Positions 62,843 through 64,000 of a stretch of DNA of 64,000 nucleotides are shown piece after piece. The stretch's first letter is position 1. The number at the start of each line of letters is the position of its first letter. Position numbers and translations under genes: made by a program. Origin of the DNA: Mobula hypostoma. Taxonomy: Eukaryota. Under the pieces are notes generated by a model. That model was not told the DNA's origin. It was given only the letters and a program-made list of their open reading frames with translations, and searched no databases. The stretch lies in the NCBI RefSeq assembly GCF_963921235.1, contig NC_086105.1:88164001-88228000 (forward strand), in the 5' to 3' direction.

Positions 62843-63425
62843 AGAAACAATAGAAACATAGAAAACCTACAGCACAATACAAGCCCTTCAACCCATAATG
62901 CTGTGCCAAACATGTACTAACTTTAGAAATTACCTAGGGTTACCCATAGCCCTATATCTTTCTCAGCTCTGTGTACCTATCCAAGAGTCTCTTAAAAGAC
63001 CCTATTGTATCTGCCTCCACCACCATTGTCGGCAGCCCATCCCATGTACTCACCACTCTCTAAAAGAACTTACCCCTGATATCTCCTCTGTATCTACTTC
63101 CAAGCACCTTAAAACTGTGCCCTCTCGCGTTATCCATTTCAGCCCTGAGAAAAAGCCTCTGACTATCAACACAATCAATGCCTCTCATTATCTTGTATAC
63201 CTCTATCAGGTCAGCTCTCATCCTCTGTCGCTCCAAGGACAAAAGGCCAAGTTCACTCAACCTATTCTCATAAGGCAAGCTCCCCAAACGAGGCAACATC
63301 CTTGTAAATCTCCTCTGCACCCTTTCTATAGTTTCCATATCCTTCCTGTATGTAGTGAGGTGACCAGAACTGAGCACAGTATTCCAAGTGGGATCTGACC
63401 AGGGTCCTATATAGCTGTGACATTA
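62843..63425 (-). mobile_element. CR1-clade LINE 3' fragment
   Basis: Minus ORF 63060-63377 (ERVQRRFTRMLPRL..ADLIEVYKIMRG); same subfamily as 57150-57802. Confidence 0.85.
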
Positions 63426-64000
63426 CAGGTTTCCCCCGCCATCTGAAGGTAGAGCGTTCCTATGAAATGGTTCGTAAGCCAAAATGTCGTAAAGTGAAGA
63501 AGCAATTACCATTTATTTATATGGGAAAATTTTGTGAGCGTTCGCAGACCCAAAAATAACCTACCAATTCATGCCAAATAACACATAAAAACCTAAAATA
63601 ACAGTAACATATGGTAAAAGCAGGAATGATATGATTAATACACAGCCTATATAAAGTAGAAATGCTTTTCCACAATCATTGCTGCACTGTTTGCCGAAGC
63701 GAAAATCACACGCAAGCGCTCTCGGCAGAAAATCTCACACAAGCGCTCTCTGCAGAAACACGGCACAGGCTCTCTCCAGTAACCTTTAAGCTATGAAGCT
63801 GCCAAATCATACCAAATAACACGTAAAAATACACAGCCGATATAAAGTAGAAATAATGTATGTACAGTGTAGTATCACTTAAGAGAACCGGGAAGACAGC
63901 GCCGAGCACACTGATGATGGTGTGTTAGACTGAGTTGTTGGAGCTTGGGTGGTGCAGTGGCCCCGCACCCTCCAGGCCGCCGACCGATACATTGCCACAA
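63426..64000. mobile_element. Tigger/pogo-like DNA transposon end, running off the window
   Basis: TA followed by CAGGTTTCCCCCGC.. abruptly interrupts the CR1. CpG-retaining, with internal tandem repeats at 63700-63780. Confidence 0.55.

Overview
Vertebrate genomic DNA, most likely from a cartilaginous fish (ray or shark). That assignment is inferred from the CR1/Rex/Penelope/V-SINE repeat landscape. The window holds the gene block SNX8(+, last 8 coding exons) >< NUDT1/MTH1(-, complete, 161 aa) <> MRM2/FTSJ2(+, complete) > CpG-island promoter and probable non-coding first exon of MAD1L1, in the same order and relative orientation as human 7p22.3. Introns and intergenic DNA are dense with retroelements. 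Highlights: a full-length, very young L1-clade LINE with a target-site duplication (TSD) and only two frameshifts; a Penelope-like element carrying an intact minimal hammerhead-ribozyme core, with many decayed copies; two insertions of that family at near-identical target sites; a GC-AG intron in SNX8; a 5-nt duplication that puts the MRM2 exon-1 ORF out of frame; a start-stop uORF in NUDT1; a Chapaev3-type DNA transposon with TIRs and TSD; and an unexplained CpG-retaining block. No prokaryotic-type system (CRISPR, operon, rRNA/tRNA gene) is supported. Repeat boundaries are approximate unless a TSD is given. Family names come from recognised motifs, not from database searches.
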